64,000 nucleotides of DNA, taken from assembly GCA_965112735.1 (NCBI GenBank), contig OZ218954.1, positions 1,860,001-1,924,000 of the forward strand, written 5' to 3'. The DNA comes from Phaeosaccion multiseriatum. Taxonomy: Eukaryota > Protista > Ochrophyta, other classes. Positions 1 to 13,903 of the stretch are shown piece by piece; positions within the stretch are counted from its first letter, which is position 1; the number at the start of each line of letters is the position of its first letter. The notes beneath the pieces were generated by a model, which was not told the DNA's origin, did no database searches, and saw only the letters and a list, made by a program, of their open reading frames with translations. The position numbers and the translations under genes are program-made.

Positions 1-168
1 CAATACATGTGCCCGGTGTACAAGACGAGCGTGCGGCAGGGCACCCTGTCCACCACGGGCCACTCCACCAACTTTGTCATGTTTATCAACCTTCCCATGC
101 GCAAGGAACACGAGCAGAAGCACTGGATTAAGAGGGGTGTGGCCATGCTCACACAGCTCGATGATTAG
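1..168 (+). CDS. Axonemal dynein heavy chain, C-terminal end (gene begins upstream of the window)
   Basis: Frame 1 reads [32 protein letters not shown]...[16 protein letters not shown]. The [25 protein letters not shown] and HWIxRGVA motifs are typical of the axonemal dynein heavy chain C-terminus. Confidence 0.92.
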   Translation, partial: QYMCPVYKTSVRQGTLSTTGHSTNFVMFINLPMRKEHEQKHWIKRGVAMLTQLDD

Positions 169-612
169 TTAGTGTTACATATGAGAAGAAGAAAAAAAGT
201 CGTAGATGTTGCTCTCGGTACAACCTAAAAGTAAAAAACAAAAACGTTTCAGAAACTTGGGGGGGTACCAGGGTTGCCCCTCCCGGACCGCGTCAATGCG
301 AGGCATCGCAGGAATAAGAGAAATTTGGGAAATTGACGTTGGGTGGCGCAGCAAAGGACCGGAGAGAAGACAGCGTGGTTGTTTAGAAAAGCGTCGGAGG
401 ACCCTTGAACGCAAGACAAATAAGCCGGTGTTTGAGTATGCTCATGAAGGGGGCGGCACAGCACGGATAGACGAGGGCCACCGCTAGAGAGTGAGACTGT
501 ACCGAACAGAGGGTACCCATCGCGACTTTCCTCTCCACGTCGGCACGGGGTTACTGGTGGGGGGAGGAGAAGAGGAACCGGGGCGTTGGTGATCTCAGTC
601 AGAGCGTGAACT

Positions 613-1630
613 ATGGCTACGGCGATGACAGCGCAGCGGCCCAGTGGGTTTGACCCGCATTCAGATTCCACCAGGGGAGGCCGAAAGAGGGCTCAGATCG
701 GGGCGCGAGAGCGCAATCGGGGAGCCGCGTTTGACCTCGACTCGGACCTTGGGCAGCCTATGGAAAGGAAGGTGAGTATGGGCCTGCCTCCTCTCTGCCT
801 CCAATCAGAGGGCAGAGACATGCAGAATGAGTGCCACGAAGTGGAGGTGGTGCTACTGCCTCCCACTTGAACACTGCGGGGTTGGACCGCGGTCCCCCCT
901 CAGATGGGCTACCCCCTCGTGGCCTCCCATCCATACTCTCTATTCCACACCTGCCTCACTGCGTTTTCTGAATGGGTCAATCAGCGTTCTGGTGCATACG
1001 AATGTCACTCCTTCTTTTCCCCGTCTCATATCAAGCTCCCTCCAAGAACGCCTTCTCTCCTGCTTCCCCGCGTCTGGCCTGTCTTGCCACATCCCTACCT
1101 CTCCTCCCCTCCACCTCTTGTTATTCCTGTCGCGTAGCCTCTTATCCCCCCTCCCCTCCCTCCCTCTCTCCCTCCCCTACCCTCCCTTCTATCCTCATCC
1201 CGTAGCTGAACGGTACAACCAAGGTGGAGGCCTTCACTATCAACCCAGGTGGAAACGCCGGCCGCGGATACACAGACGAGGAGATCAGCGCCGCATCTCT
1301 GCGCTACCCCCAGTGCAAAAACGTCGTGTTTCGCCCCAGCTACGCCGACGACGGCTCCTATGGGGTCAACGAGGCCGGGGTGGGGCCTTCTCCTGAGCAT
1401 CTCGCCAAGGTGAGACGCTCCCTGTCGGCTGCTGTATCATCAACTGCCGTAGCTTGCTGGGCCTGCTGCTGCGGCTGCTGCGGCTGCTGCGGTTACTGCC
1501 GTTGGTTGATTCAAGGGGGACGCGAGGGAGTGCGGGGTTGTGGGCGCTTTGGCTGTCTCTGGCGTGGAGAGCTGCGGTCTTGCTGGCACGCCCAACCCCC
1601 CCCCCCTCACCTTGCGCTGCTTCTTCTCTC

Positions 1631-1665
<35 letters not shown>

Positions 1666-2642
1666 GGTGTGTGTTTATGTCTTCTCTCTTCTTGCCTCTG
1701 TGTCGCAGCCGGAAGCGTCCATGACCTTGGAGTACGTCCACGGTACGTTACGGAAATGAGTAAAGTGCTTCGTCTCTGTGACTGCTCTTCCTGCTCACCT
1801 CCCCCTGTGCCAACAGACAAACAAACAGAACCCTCAACTATTCGTTTCCCAAACGGGTCTCTTCCTCCCCTTCAATTCGCATTCCTGCAGGCTACCACAG
1901 CACAGGCTTTCACCAGACCAACGACGTGAACGCGCTCTACATGGGTGACGACGATGACAAGGTTGTGTACCAAACTGCGGCCCTGGTGGTCATCCAGGAC
2001 CTGGAAACCTACGAGCAGGTAGGCACAGTCGTCTTGACACCTGACACGCACTTCAATTGTTGCGACGCATGTGCTTTCGTGGTTGGGAAAAAGACACGCC
2101 TCCGAGTGGGCGGCGGGCGGCGAACGGCTCTTCAAGTCCGGACCTTCCTTCCTCCCCTCACCCCATCCCATCCCACCCTGTACACTGCCGCACTGCCGCA
2201 CCGCTGCTCCCCTTCCCAAACGCACGCACACCTGCATGCATACATACGTACAAACGTACATACGTCCTTACACATGCACGCATGCACACACACACAAACA
2301 CACGCACACATACGCACATACACACACGCACACACGCACACACGCACACACGCACACACGCACATACACATACGCTGGCGATACAATACACAGGTGTTCT
2401 TTGACCTACACGACGACGACGTAACCGCCCTCGCGCTTCACCCCGACGGCCGGACAATCGCTTCGGGCCAAGTGGGCAAGGCACCGCCCGTGCTTGTGTG
2501 GGACGGAGAGGCGGCCCACTATGAGGGCACCAACATGCTCAGTCACCAGTGCGTCATGGCCACGCTCTCCGGGCACGCGCGAAAGGTGTGTGGGACGAAA
2601 GACGCGGGGTAGCAGCACAAGCAGTAGCAGCACAAGCAGTAG

Positions 2643-2673
<31 letters not shown>

Positions 2674-2861
2674 AGCAGCAGTAGCACTACCACGAAGAAA
2701 GGGCTCCGTCCGTGTGAGTTAGGAGAGTTGCTTTGCCTTTCCAACAGATCGCACTCGCGTGCTTACTCGTGCTTGTTGGTGACTTGTAACCGTGGTCTTT
2801 GTCCGGCGCACGCACACACACACGCATGCACGCATGCACACACACACACGAACACACCACA

Positions 2862-2960
<99 letters not shown>

Positions 2961-5900
2961 CACGCACACACACAGGTCCGGTGTCTCAACTTCTCCCACG
3001 ACGGGCACTTTCTCGTGTCTTCTGGAGAGGACAACCATCACTCGGTCATCGTGTGGGCCTGGCAAGAGGTGAGAGCGTGAGAGTGTGAGTGCGTGAGTGC
3101 GTGAGTGCATGAGTGCATGAGTGCGTGAGGGCGTGAGGGCGTGAGGGCGTGAGGGCGTGAGGGCACCATCAAAAGAGAGTCGGCCAGGCGTAGCAGGCCG
3201 CCCATCCCCGCGGACTCTTTTGCTCGTTTTCCTCTCTACCTGTCGCCTGCCCTCGATCTAACGTGCCCCGCCACTACTCGTATCGCCGTTGGTCCATGTC
3301 CTTCCCTCCAACGCGTGTATAGGGTACCCAAATCGCGATGGTGGGCGGAGGTTCTTGCCCACTGGACCAGCTCAAGTTCAACCCGTTTCAGGTATTGTGT
3401 ATGACCAACACACCAAGGATGATATCATAAACATGACAAACCGGCTCCCTTTCGAAGTGTTCACACACACTCGCCTTGGTCCCCGCTCGAGCCCGAGGGG
3501 ATTTCTCACCCCGCGTTCCCTCCCTCCTCCTCCCTCCCTCTCACCACTCTGCCATTTGTGAGCAGGCCTTTGGCGTCCCTTTGTCCGACGTGGCGACGGC
3601 GGGCCAGGCCTCGGACGAAGAGGATGCGTGCTACTGCCTCACCTCTGTGAGCCCCAGACACATCCGATTCTGGACCCTGAGGAAGAAGGTGAGCATGCAT
3701 GCAGACGCAAAGACCGACGCTACTTGTACACGATAGCGGCGCGGATACGCTCAGTACTCTCTCTCTCTCTCTCTCGCCCTGCCCTCCTAGCGCAGATACA
3801 CTCAGTACTCTCTCTCTCTCTCTCGGCCCACCCTCCTGCTATGACGCACCTCTCGCCGACCATTCCACCTGCCCTTCTCGGCCGTTCGCCTTTGGATGTA
3901 CCCGTTGACTCATATGCTATGCTATACTGGCTGCCTCCACCCCCTTCCCCCCCACCTCCCACAGGAAGGAGCCTGGTGTTTGGAGGGAAAGAACGGCCGC
4001 CTGGGAGACTCTGGTGCGTGGTATGTGTGCTTTTATTGACTTCATTGATTGTTTATTGACTTCATGGGAATCAATCACCAGCTGTCCTAAGAACCGGAGA
4101 GTGGGTGTGCTTTGGGATGCTTTGCTAATAAGAAGAGCAAGGGGCCGTGTTCTTACGGGAGTAGGCGTAAGAGTCACTCCAAATGCTTCAACCGTAACCG
4201 TATGCAAGCGGCCCCACGGTACAAGTACTGTACCAGCAGCGAAAGAGCAGGGGGCGCTGAAGGGCCCTGGGGTGGGAGGGTGTTGGGAAGGCAGAGAGGA
4301 GATGGCAGGAGATGGCAGAGGGTAGAGAGGAGATGGCAGTAGATGGTAGAGGGTATAGAGGAGATGGCAGAAGATGGCAGAGGGCAGAGAGGAGATGGCA
4401 GTACATGGCAGAGGGCAGAGAGGAGATGGCAGTAGATGGTAGGGGTAGAGAGGAGATGGCAGAAGATGGCAGAGGGCAGAGAGGAGATGGCAGTAGATGG
4501 CAGAGGGCAGAGAGGAGATGGCAGAAGATGGTAGAGGGCAGAGAGGAGATGGCAGAAGATGGCAGAGGGCAGAGAGGAGATGGCAGTAGATGGTAAAGGG
4601 TAGAGAGGAGTTGGCAGTAGATGGTAGAGGGTAGAGAGGAGATGGCAGAAGATGGTAAAGGGTAGAGATGAGATGGCAATAGATTATAGAGGGTAGAGAG
4701 AAGATGGCAGTAGATGGCAGACGGCAGAGAGGAGATGGCAGTAGATGGCAGAGGGCAGAGACTCGCTCAGACGATGCCTCTCACTCTCATAGCGTATACT
4801 GTGCAGCTTGCTCGACTCACATCTTATCTGCCTGCGTCTCTCCCTCCCCTCCATCCACTGCCATCCATCCATCCATCCATCCCTCCCTCCCTCCCTCCTT
4901 TGGTGTGTGTGAGAGCAGCTGCCGTGCAGGAGTACACGACCATGGAATTCATCGACGACTCTCCAAGCCGACAGGTGCTCAGCAGCACCGGCACTGTGCA
5001 GACCATGCTCGGCGTGAGCGATCGCACCATGAGTCGTGTGGTGGTGGGCACCAAGACGGGCAACTTCTTCATCTTCCAACAGCCGCCTCAGATTGACAAG
5101 CGCAAGGCCTTCGACGAACCGTGGTGGCTGGCGAGGTCCACCAAGGCCATCAAGTCAGCCACGCCCAGGGGATGGCAGTCCACAGGCGTCCTCCTGCGGA
5201 CTATGCTTAGCGATGTGAATGAGGCCAACGCACGAGCGCTTGATGACAGGCGGAAGGCGGAGATCGAAACGGTGCGTGTCGTAGTGAATGACCCCGGGGG
5301 GGATCAAAAGGGGGGGGTCCCAGGGGGGGGGGGGGGGGGGGGCCAGGAGAAGAAGAAAGCAAGGAGTGAGAAATGTTGCAGACCTGTACAAGAGAGCCTT
5401 ACTCATCGCGTGCCTTCCTCCCCCCTGCCTCCCTCCCTCCCTCCTTCCCTCCATCCTGCTGCTGCTGCTGCTGCCTTCTCTCCTCTCCTCTCCTTTCCTC
5501 TCCCCCACCCCAAAAACGAAACCATAGGCGCGGGCCCAGCTCAAGGCCGCGGGCCGTCAGGAGAACCTCCGCGAGGAGCTCCTTACCAAGATTGAGAAGC
5601 TGTCGTACCAAGGCCAGCTCACCGGCCACTCAGGGGGCATCACGGCCACCGCCTTCAACGATGCCAAGGCAGAGTTCATCTCTGCGGGCGCCGACGGAAA
5701 GATGGTGCGTTGGAATGCGCATCACGAGCATCAGGGCAAGTTCGTCCTCGCCTTCTTGGACCCCAACGAAGCGGCGGCAAAGGCGTCGCAGGTGACCGAC
5801 TTTGGGTCCCCCATCAAGAGTGTGTCTTGGGCCTCCGATGGCTCCCGGCTGCTCGTGGGCACAACCTCCAACGACCTGTACGAGATGATAATGAATGACA

Positions 5901-8713
5901 GGGTGGAGCTGGTAGACGACGAGGCTGATCAGGACGGCCTCGACAAGGACGGGCCCACACGCCGCGTCGTGCACGTGGGGGCACCCAAGGTGGTGCAGTT
6001 GGTGCAGGGGCACGTCGGTCGCCTGGATGCGCTCGATGTGTTCCCCAACCGCCCCGAGTTTGTAACCGTGGCCAAGGACCGCCAACTCACCATCTGGGAT
6101 ATCGAGGAGAAGCGAGCACTTGTCAGCTACCCCATCCGCGGCGACAGTCTGACGCTCGCATGCCGACAAGACGGCTCGGAGATCGCCGTGGGCATGGCCG
6201 CCAAAACGGAGGTACACATGATTGCGGTGGAGCGCGGCCCTGACGGGAAGCCCACCAAGATGCAACTCAAGAGCGTCATGCATCAAAACATCCCCACGGG
6301 TGGTGCCAACTACGTGGCCGTCGGGGGAGGCGGGGTGGAGATGCCGGGCCTGGGCTTTGGTAGTACGAGCCCACGTCGCTCGAGCCAAACCACAGGCCTG
6401 GACTTCACCACGAACCTCATGGGCACTAACGGACTCGTTACCGCTGGAGGCGCTCTGCCTGGACCGGTGGGGGGTGGCACGATATCCAAGAACCGTCCCG
6501 AGCGGGGGGGGGAGGGCTCCGGTTCATCAGGCTCAGGGGGTCCGCCAAAAAAAGAGTTCATACCCGGCTTAGGGTTGGGGGTAGTTGTTGTCAAGTACTC
6601 GCCGTGCGGCAGGTTCCTCGCTGCGGGTAAGAAGTGAATGGGGAGAAGGAGGAAAGGAAGGAAGGAAGGAAGGAAGGAAGGAAGGAAGGAAGGAAGGAAG
6701 GAAGGAAGGAAGGAAGGAAGGAAGGAAGGAAGGAAGGAAGGGGGTTGTGGTGTGACGGGATGGATGTCCACTTCCTTTTGCTTCTCTGTTGTGTGCGCCT
6801 CTCCATCTCGCTGGATTTCTCTTTTCTCTTCTCTTCTCTCTCTCTACTTTCCCCTGCTGCTGCTGTTGCTGCTGCTACTGCAGCTCTCTCCATGGTTCTC
6901 CCCCCCTCCTCTTCTCACCCCTGATTGGCCCCTCTCCAACCCTCCCTCCCTCCCCTCCATCGCAGGTACTCGATCCTCGAGCATCATCATCTTCGCTGTG
7001 CACATGGACGACGCCACACAATACAAGCGCATCTGCGAGCTCACGGGCCACAGCTCCACCGTCACGCACCTGGACTGGAGTGAAGACAGCACCTTCATCC
7101 AAACCAATGCACGCGACTCGCAAATTTTGTACTGGCAAATCCTACCCAGCCCCCTCGGGGCCACCAAGGGAAGCAACGGAACCGGCTCTTCTACTTCTTC
7201 CGGTGGTTTCCGCCCCTCCATATTCCCCAAGAGCTTCCTCATGCGGGATATGAAATGGGCGTCGTGGTCTTGCATCTTGGGGTGGCCCGTGCAGGGCATC
7301 TTTCCCCCGGATACAGACAATACCGACATCAACCAGGTGGGTGGGTGGGTGGGTGGGTGGGTGGATGGGTGGGTGGATGGGTGCATGGGTGGGTAGTATG
7401 TCAATGGGTGCGTGCGTGGATGTGTGGGTGTGTGGGTGTGTGGGTGTGTGCGTGCGTGCGTGCGTGCGTGCGTGGGTGGGTGGGTGCGTGGGTGGATAGT
7501 ATGTCAATGGGTGCGTGGGTGTGTGGGTGGGTGGGTGTGTGGGTGGGTGCGTGGGTGGGTAGTATGTCAATGGGTGCGTGCGTGGGTGTGTGGGTATGTG
7601 GGTGTGTGGGTGGGTGGGTGTGTGCGTGCGTGCGTGGGTGGGTGGGTGGGTGGGTAGTAAGTCAATGGATGGGTGGGTGGATAGAAGCGTCTGCCATGTG
7701 AGGCGCGACGAAGGGATCAAAAGAGGGGGTGGGTGTGTGTGCGGGCGGGCGAGGGAGACAAAGGGAGGGAGGCGGGAGGCACGCAGGAGGCAGTGGCTGG
7801 TGCAGAACACGCAAACGGGGGTGGAGGGGAAGGGACTTGGGTGGGTCCTACCTTCAGTCTCCACCCCCTCCCCGCCCGCGCCCCCCGGCACTGCCCATAG
7901 TTACCTTTGAACCACCGCCGCTACACACGACCTGATGTTCAAAGATGCCCCCCCCCCCCCACACACACACACACCCCACCGTTCCCCGACCGTTCTCCAC
8001 GTGGGACCCCACAGGTGGCCTACTGCCCGGAGTACGACATCCTGGCCTCTGCCGATGACTTCAAGACCCTTCGTCTGCTCCGCTTCCCCGTGCTCAAGAA
8101 CGCGCAGCACCGCGACTCGTTCGGCCATTCCAGCCACGTCATGGGTCTGACATTCACCAAGGGCATCTCGCCGATCCGCCTCATCACGGCGGGTGGGCTT
8201 GACAGCACCATCTGTCAATGGATCCTGCGCGGGCCGGGAGACTATGAGCGGCAGGAGGAGGCGGAGCAAACCCACCTGGGTCAGATGCTCGACCAGAGGC
8301 AGCCCGGTGGTGGCAGGGAGGTGGAGCCTGAGCCCGACGACCCGGATCTAGGCGCCTTGCTCGACGCCCAGATGAACAAAAGGGCTGGCGTGAGAAGCGC
8401 CGGTAACAAGGGCAACGACATCGACATTGAGAAGGACGATGCCGACCTTGGTGCGCTGCTTGTCGCCGCCAAGGGCCAGGACGACGATGAGGGGGGCACC
8501 GCTGCCGCCTCGAAGCAGGGGAAGGAGCAAGAGCAGAAGAACGAAGACGACAACGACAATGACCTCGGCCCTCTCCAGCAAGCCAAGGCGTTCGTGAAGG
8601 AGGAGATGCTCGGAGAGGGAGAGAGCGACGAGGCGAGTGCAGCGGGGCAGCTGCGCCCGGCCTCCCCCGCGCTGGCGGCGCCTCAGGAGAACGTGGAGGA
8701 CGGGAAGAAGTAG
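613..8713 (+). CDS. Echinoderm microtubule-associated protein-like (EML/EMAP) HELP + WD40 protein, about 13 exons
   Basis: Spliced exons give [13 protein letters not shown] (HELP motif), [68 protein letters not shown] and [15 protein letters not shown]...GHSSHV. All junctions checked are GT-AG. The start codon is tentative. Confidence 0.88.
2810..2974. repeat. (CA)n microsatellite running up to an intron acceptor
   Basis: Near-pure CA run ending in CACAG at 2971-2975. Confidence 0.95.
4291..4760. repeat. 31-bp minisatellite, about 15 copies, in an EML intron
   Basis: Unit ~AGAGAGGAGATGGCAGTAGATGGCAGAGGGC; copies start at 4291, 4322, 4353 and so on. Confidence 0.93.
6655..6740. repeat. (GGAA)n microsatellite, intronic
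   Basis: Seen directly. Confidence 0.95.
7337..7680. repeat. Compound (GGGT)n/(GCGT)n repeat with a recurring AGTATGTCAATGGG unit, intronic
   Basis: Seen directly just after the GT donor at 7337. Confidence 0.9.
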
Positions 8714-9192
8714 AAGAAGGCGCAGGCGCCTTCTTCGCCAAGGGGAGGAAGCGCAAGCATACATACGTAGGAGGCAAGCGGAGACGGCATCACATCACAA
8801 ATGCTTCCAAATCATTGAAGCGGAACTTGCACAAGGGCTCTTAAACGGACGGTCGAAGTGCGAAGAGGGGGAGCAGTAGCTTTGCTGTAATAGGGGTTGT
8901 GGTGGTAGCGGTAGTAGAGTTACAGTAGCAGTAGCAGTAGAAGTTGTAGTAGTAGTCAAAGTAGGAGGAAGAGGAGCAGTACTTGTTGTTTTCGTTGGGG
9001 AGGGGGATGTTGTTGGTTAAAACATGAAAACAATGCACGTGATTTGTGCATCGTTCTACAGCTGTATCACCAACTGCTGCCCCTGCTGATGGTGGTGGTG
9101 CAGGGCTGAGGATGGTCTCCCGAGTGCGCTTCCTGCGAGCCCCACAATAGCCACGCGGGCACGCACACAAGTGCAGCGCATGAGCGACGCGG

Positions 9193-10603
9193 TCACGTCA
9201 CGCGGTCAAAAAAGAGCCTGAGCTTCCCCCCCCCTCCTCCTCCTCTTCCTGCTGCTGCTGCTGCCACTCCGTGTTGCTGAGCTGTGTGCAGAGTATCGTA
9301 CACAACTTGCTCCTGCAGGCGGTGCTCTGCGGCCTGCACAGCAATCTCATCTTCAATGGCCTTTGAATACGCAAAGCTCTGACTCATGACGAACACCGAT
9401 GCCTTCTGAGCACAGCTCTCTCCTCCCTCCTCCTCCTCCTCCTCCTCCTCCAGTGTTCTTCCTGCGGTTGCATCAGCTCTCTCACTTCCACTCTGTGCCC
9501 CAGCTGAAGAAGAAGAAAGTCCTCTTTTCCTCCGTGCCAAGGCCTTTCCGACGGTCGCAAAGAGGGGTCCCACTACGCTCTGTGCATACACCACGTCGCT
9601 GCCGATGATGAGGGGAAAGCGACCCTCTGGGCCTTGGTCTTCGTCTTGGTCCCCGTTACCCCCCTCCCCCCAGGCGAGCGGACAGGCGGACAGCTCGGAG
9701 GCGTGGACGGCAACTCCACTGTTTTGCTGTTCCTTTATGCTTTCCGTCAGAGTCGCAACGACGCCTGGACACACATGCATGCCCGCACGCACGCATGCAC
9801 ATAAGATGCACACACACGAGCACACAGACATAAACACACGCACACACACGCACACAGAGCAACAGCAGCAACAGCGTGGTTGAGAGGTGCTGAGCCATGG
9901 CATTATCCGAAGTGCTGTCTGCCCAGAGCAGCGCCCAAAGGGAATATGTGATGGATGATGCCTCGCCTCCTTCTCCTTCTCCCATCACCCCACACACACT
10001 TGACGCCATTTCATTCATCTCGTGGGGGTGCTTTCAGTGGTGGTGCTCGCCGGTCTCCCCCCCCCCCTGGTTCTCCCCACCGAGGACGGAAGATACCCAC
10101 CGGGATCATGGTCTGTGAGTACGCAGCGCCCACAGCCAGGAAGACATGCCGCCACAAGCCCAGCGAGACCACAGCCTGATGTGGTAGCAAGGCAGCGGCA
10201 AAGGACAGAAGAGGGCAGGATAGGATGGTACAGGAAAGGCGCGTGGAGTTGAGTTGGAGAATATTGAAGCCCAAGTCAGTATATGCTTGTCTCTTCCCTC
10301 CTCCGCCACACCTGCTCCGAGCTCCAACACGTTCCCATGCGGGAGGGTGTCCCAACTGTCCACCAAATACTGCGCCAAGAGCCCAGAAGCTGGCCACAGG
10401 TAGTGCCCAGACTGGACAGCACCTGGGTCGGAATCAATCAAAGTTAGCGTGACCTCCACGGAGTAGTGCTCTCGCGGAGCCTCAGTCTGCTCCGGCTGCT
10501 GGGTCTCGAATCGAAAATTTTTCTTGTCCTTTTCGGCGTGAGCGTCGAACATGAAACCCACTGCCTGCAATCCTTCACACTCCTCATTCTCGTCGTCGCT
10601 CAT
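9193..10603 (-). CDS. METTL21/METTL23-like (family 16) SAM-dependent protein methyltransferase, 3 exons
   Basis: SGHYLWPASGLLAQYL, VLELGAG|CGLAGL (motif I split by an intron), VLTDHD, LAWG and IIGSDVVY. Confidence 0.88.
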
Positions 10604-11348
10604 CGGTTTGGAAAGCACAATGGAGTGAGAAGGGAGGGAGAAATAACAAGAGACAAAAATGCACCAAAAATGAGAGAAGTTTGCGAGTTGGTGATACATA
10701 TGCGCCATTTGTTTAACTCTAGCGGGGTCCGATTCCGTTCGCTCACTCGTCGTGGAGACGAGCATCTATCTGTGTGTCCCTCCGGATTACGATATGATAT
10801 GATGATGATCTGGCTGGTGCTACGCACTTGTACCAATGGAGCCCGAAAAGCTCGAAAGTCTTGTGATTTTATAAATGTGTCCAGCGCTCTCCGCTGCATC
10901 CCCCCCCCCCTAGTCAAGTAGTAGCAGGAGGTAAAGTTGGTGCGGTAACGTCGTCATCGCTCGATGAGGCCATCGCATCAAGAGTCGCCTCGGTGCTCCT
11001 TCAACGCAACACCCCCCCCCCCTTTTCATTGCCGATGCCCCAGTCAACAGTCAACTGGGACGAGGGGAGAGGGGGAGGAGTCTCCCGGTGCCGCCCCGGC
11101 CCTCGTCTCTGTCCCCATGGTGGGGTGCAGTTCATCAAGTAGTACAGTATATATACGCAACCGCAACCGCGCCCCCTCATTCGCACCCGCCCTCTTCCCC
11201 CTGCATCCTCCGCGATTCCGCCTTCAGTGTCAAAAATGAAGCCCCTCCTCAGGCTTCTCCCCTCCCGCTCCAGCTCCCAGACTTCTTCTTGGGTGAGAGG
11301 GACGTGTACGTACGTACGTGCGTGTGTTCCGTGGTTTAACCTAAACCC

Positions 11349-13744
11349 TCACACGTTCTTCTTTCCTTTGGAGACTTTGGGCGGTCCCGCCCCTCGCTTT
11401 CTGCAGGGGCACGACAGAATGGCCCAACACACCCTAAAGGGCAGAAACACCAAAAAGCCCACCGCCTTGATGGCAGACACGAGCAGATTGAGCGCCAAGT
11501 AGAAGAGGGGCCTCACCACGAACAGGCAGAGGAACACCAAGCACACCGACAGCAACACATAAGACGTGTACTTGACGATGCGCTTCCCATAGCCCTCCAA
11601 GGCCGTGCCCTCTACGAGAGCTACCATCTGCTTCTCGGCCTCCTTGTAGGACTGCTTGTAGGCCTGGTTGGTCGTCTTGGCCCACTCCTTCACCACTGGC
11701 TTGGCCGCCTGGTACCCTTCCTGGCCCTTGGACACCATCAGCTGGGCCCCTTGCTTTACCGTGGGTCCTGCGGCTGCGATGACAGGCATAATCTTCGGTC
11801 CCACCGTCTCCCACACCGGATCTGTGACTTTGCGCACCTTCTCGACTACATGGGAGTTCTTCGCCCGAACCACGGCCCGGTCCTTCAACTGCACGCACAT
11901 GAGACGAGTGCCGAAAGACAAGGAGGGGGGCGGGTGAGACCAAATCCAGCAGAAGGGAAGGGGGAATCAGCTCCAGAGCTGACAAGGGAGGCATGCGGCA
12001 AAGAGTCTTCTTGCTGCCTTCCTGCCTGCCTGTGAAAGCGTGAGCAGAGAGTCTATGAGAGAGTCTACATGTACATATACACATACCTGCGTTGAATAGA
12101 GGGCAATGTCGTCAAAAATGTAGGCCATGGACATTTCCTTTTGTCTGCTGCTGCTTGTGCTGCTCTCCTTGGCCGTCTTTGCCTTCCTTTCCTTCTCGAG
12201 GTCCTGAACCTTCTTCTCTGCCTTGGCCAGCTGCAGAGGCGGACACGCAAACAAGAGCGGAGCAGCATACAACGGGTGGGTGCGATGCGTCAGAAGAGGG
12301 AGCAGTACAGACAACGAAGGAGAAGCAGCAGCTTCGGGCTGGGAAAGCAAAGGGGCAGAATAAATACCCTTTTTCCCCAAGATGAAGCGTCTACCCGCCC
12401 AGCATTTATCTTTCTGCCGTGTGGTTTCCTTCTTTCTGCTGTCGTCACCACCACTACCAGTTACCAGCACACCTGCCGCTGCTCACCTCCGATGTCTTGC
12501 CCTCCAGCGCCTTCTTAAGCTCAGTCTCCGTCTGCGCTGCCTTGGAGGTGCACGCTTCTACCTCAGATTTGACCTCCCCGAGCTGGGTAGACGAATTCGA
12601 CGAAAGCTGTGGGGGGGTGGTGCGCGCGTGGAGTAGTGCGAGGCATAGGTGAGAGAGGACGCCACCATACTCGGCATGTGGAGGGGAATTCAAAAAGGCG
12701 AAAGCGTCAAGGCACGCCAATGCCTGCATCCTACCTTGGCCACCCAACACAGGCACGTAACTAACTCACCTCCTTCAGCTTCGCCTCTGCCTCCTCTTTT
12801 GCCTTCTCGAGCTCCAGTTTTGACTGCAGCGCGCTGTCCAACTCAGCACTGACGGACAAAAGTGCGGCAGCTCTGGGAGGGGGGGTCGGTAAGAAAGGAG
12901 GGGCGTCAGCGCGGCAGCGTCGGAGGGAAGACAAGGCAAAGAGTGTCCACCCCCCCAACCTTCACACACACTCAGCACATCAAGATCTTTCGCTTCCCAC
13001 TTACTTCTCTGCGAGTGCGTCAGTCGTCTCCTTCAGAGCTGTGGCGTCGCACGTCTGCGCGAAGGAAGATCAACCACAAACGGCACAGGTGGGAGAGCGA
13101 ACGTAAGGGCAGGTGTAGTGTACAGGGAGGCAAAAGGGTGAGGGGCCTCTCGTGACGCTACAAGCAGAGTACAACGGAGGACGTCGGATACCTCTCCTTA
13201 GGCCAGGCACCTTGGGTCTTGCCCATTTCTCTCTCTCTCTCTCTCTCTCTCTTTCCCTTTCTTTCTCTCCCTCGATCTCTTTCTGCTTCTCTCTCTTTCC
13301 CTTTCTTGCTCTCCCTCTCTCTCTGTTTCTCTCTCTTTCCCTTTCTTTGTCTCTCTGTCTCCACATCTCTCTCCTCTTCTCTCTTTGCCTTTATGTAGAG
13401 ACACCGGCGGTCGAGGCTGAAAGGTACACTCAAGCTTCGCATGCAGTTCTTCCGCTACTCCCCGTTTAGATTCTGAACCGGCGGCATAACGGACTTTCCT
13501 CCCTCCCTCCCTCCCTCCCTCCACTGCGACGCCGTCCTACGACATAGTATACCTGGGCGGACGTGTCGTCTCCTGCTCCTGGCGCGGCATCTGCTGCTGT
13601 TGCTGCTTCTGCTCTTGCTGCTGCTTCTGCTGCTGCCCCCGCCCCCCCCCCCTCGTCCGCCTCCTCCGCTCTCACCCCTTGCGGTCCCAGCACCGCGGCA
13701 AAGACAGTGAGCATGAGCAGTAGCCATCCTACCCTCTTCATCAT
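11349..13744 (-). CDS. Uncharacterised secretory-pathway coiled-coil protein with a C-terminal transmembrane segment, about 6 exons
   Basis: Signal peptide MMKRVGWLLLMLTVFAAVLGPQGVRA; heptad-rich exons (AELDSALQSKLELEKAKEEAEAKLKE, LAKAEKKVQDLEKE); hydrophobic C-terminal segment followed by a basic tail. Confidence 0.7.
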
Positions 13745-13903
13745 TTTCAAGACGTGGCTCAGACTTTAAGGGCTGTGATTTTGACTTACAACTCGATGTT
13801 CTCTCTTCACCCCGCGTGAGCGGCCTTACAGGGCCACCAGTTTCCAATTTAAGTGCGCGGTTGTAATCTTTCCCTCCTTTTTGTGAGTTTATTAATCGTC
13901 ACC

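Noticed and set aside
2057-3110. Many His/Thr and Cys/Val-rich ORFs
   Set aside because: Translations of intronic (CA)n microsatellites.
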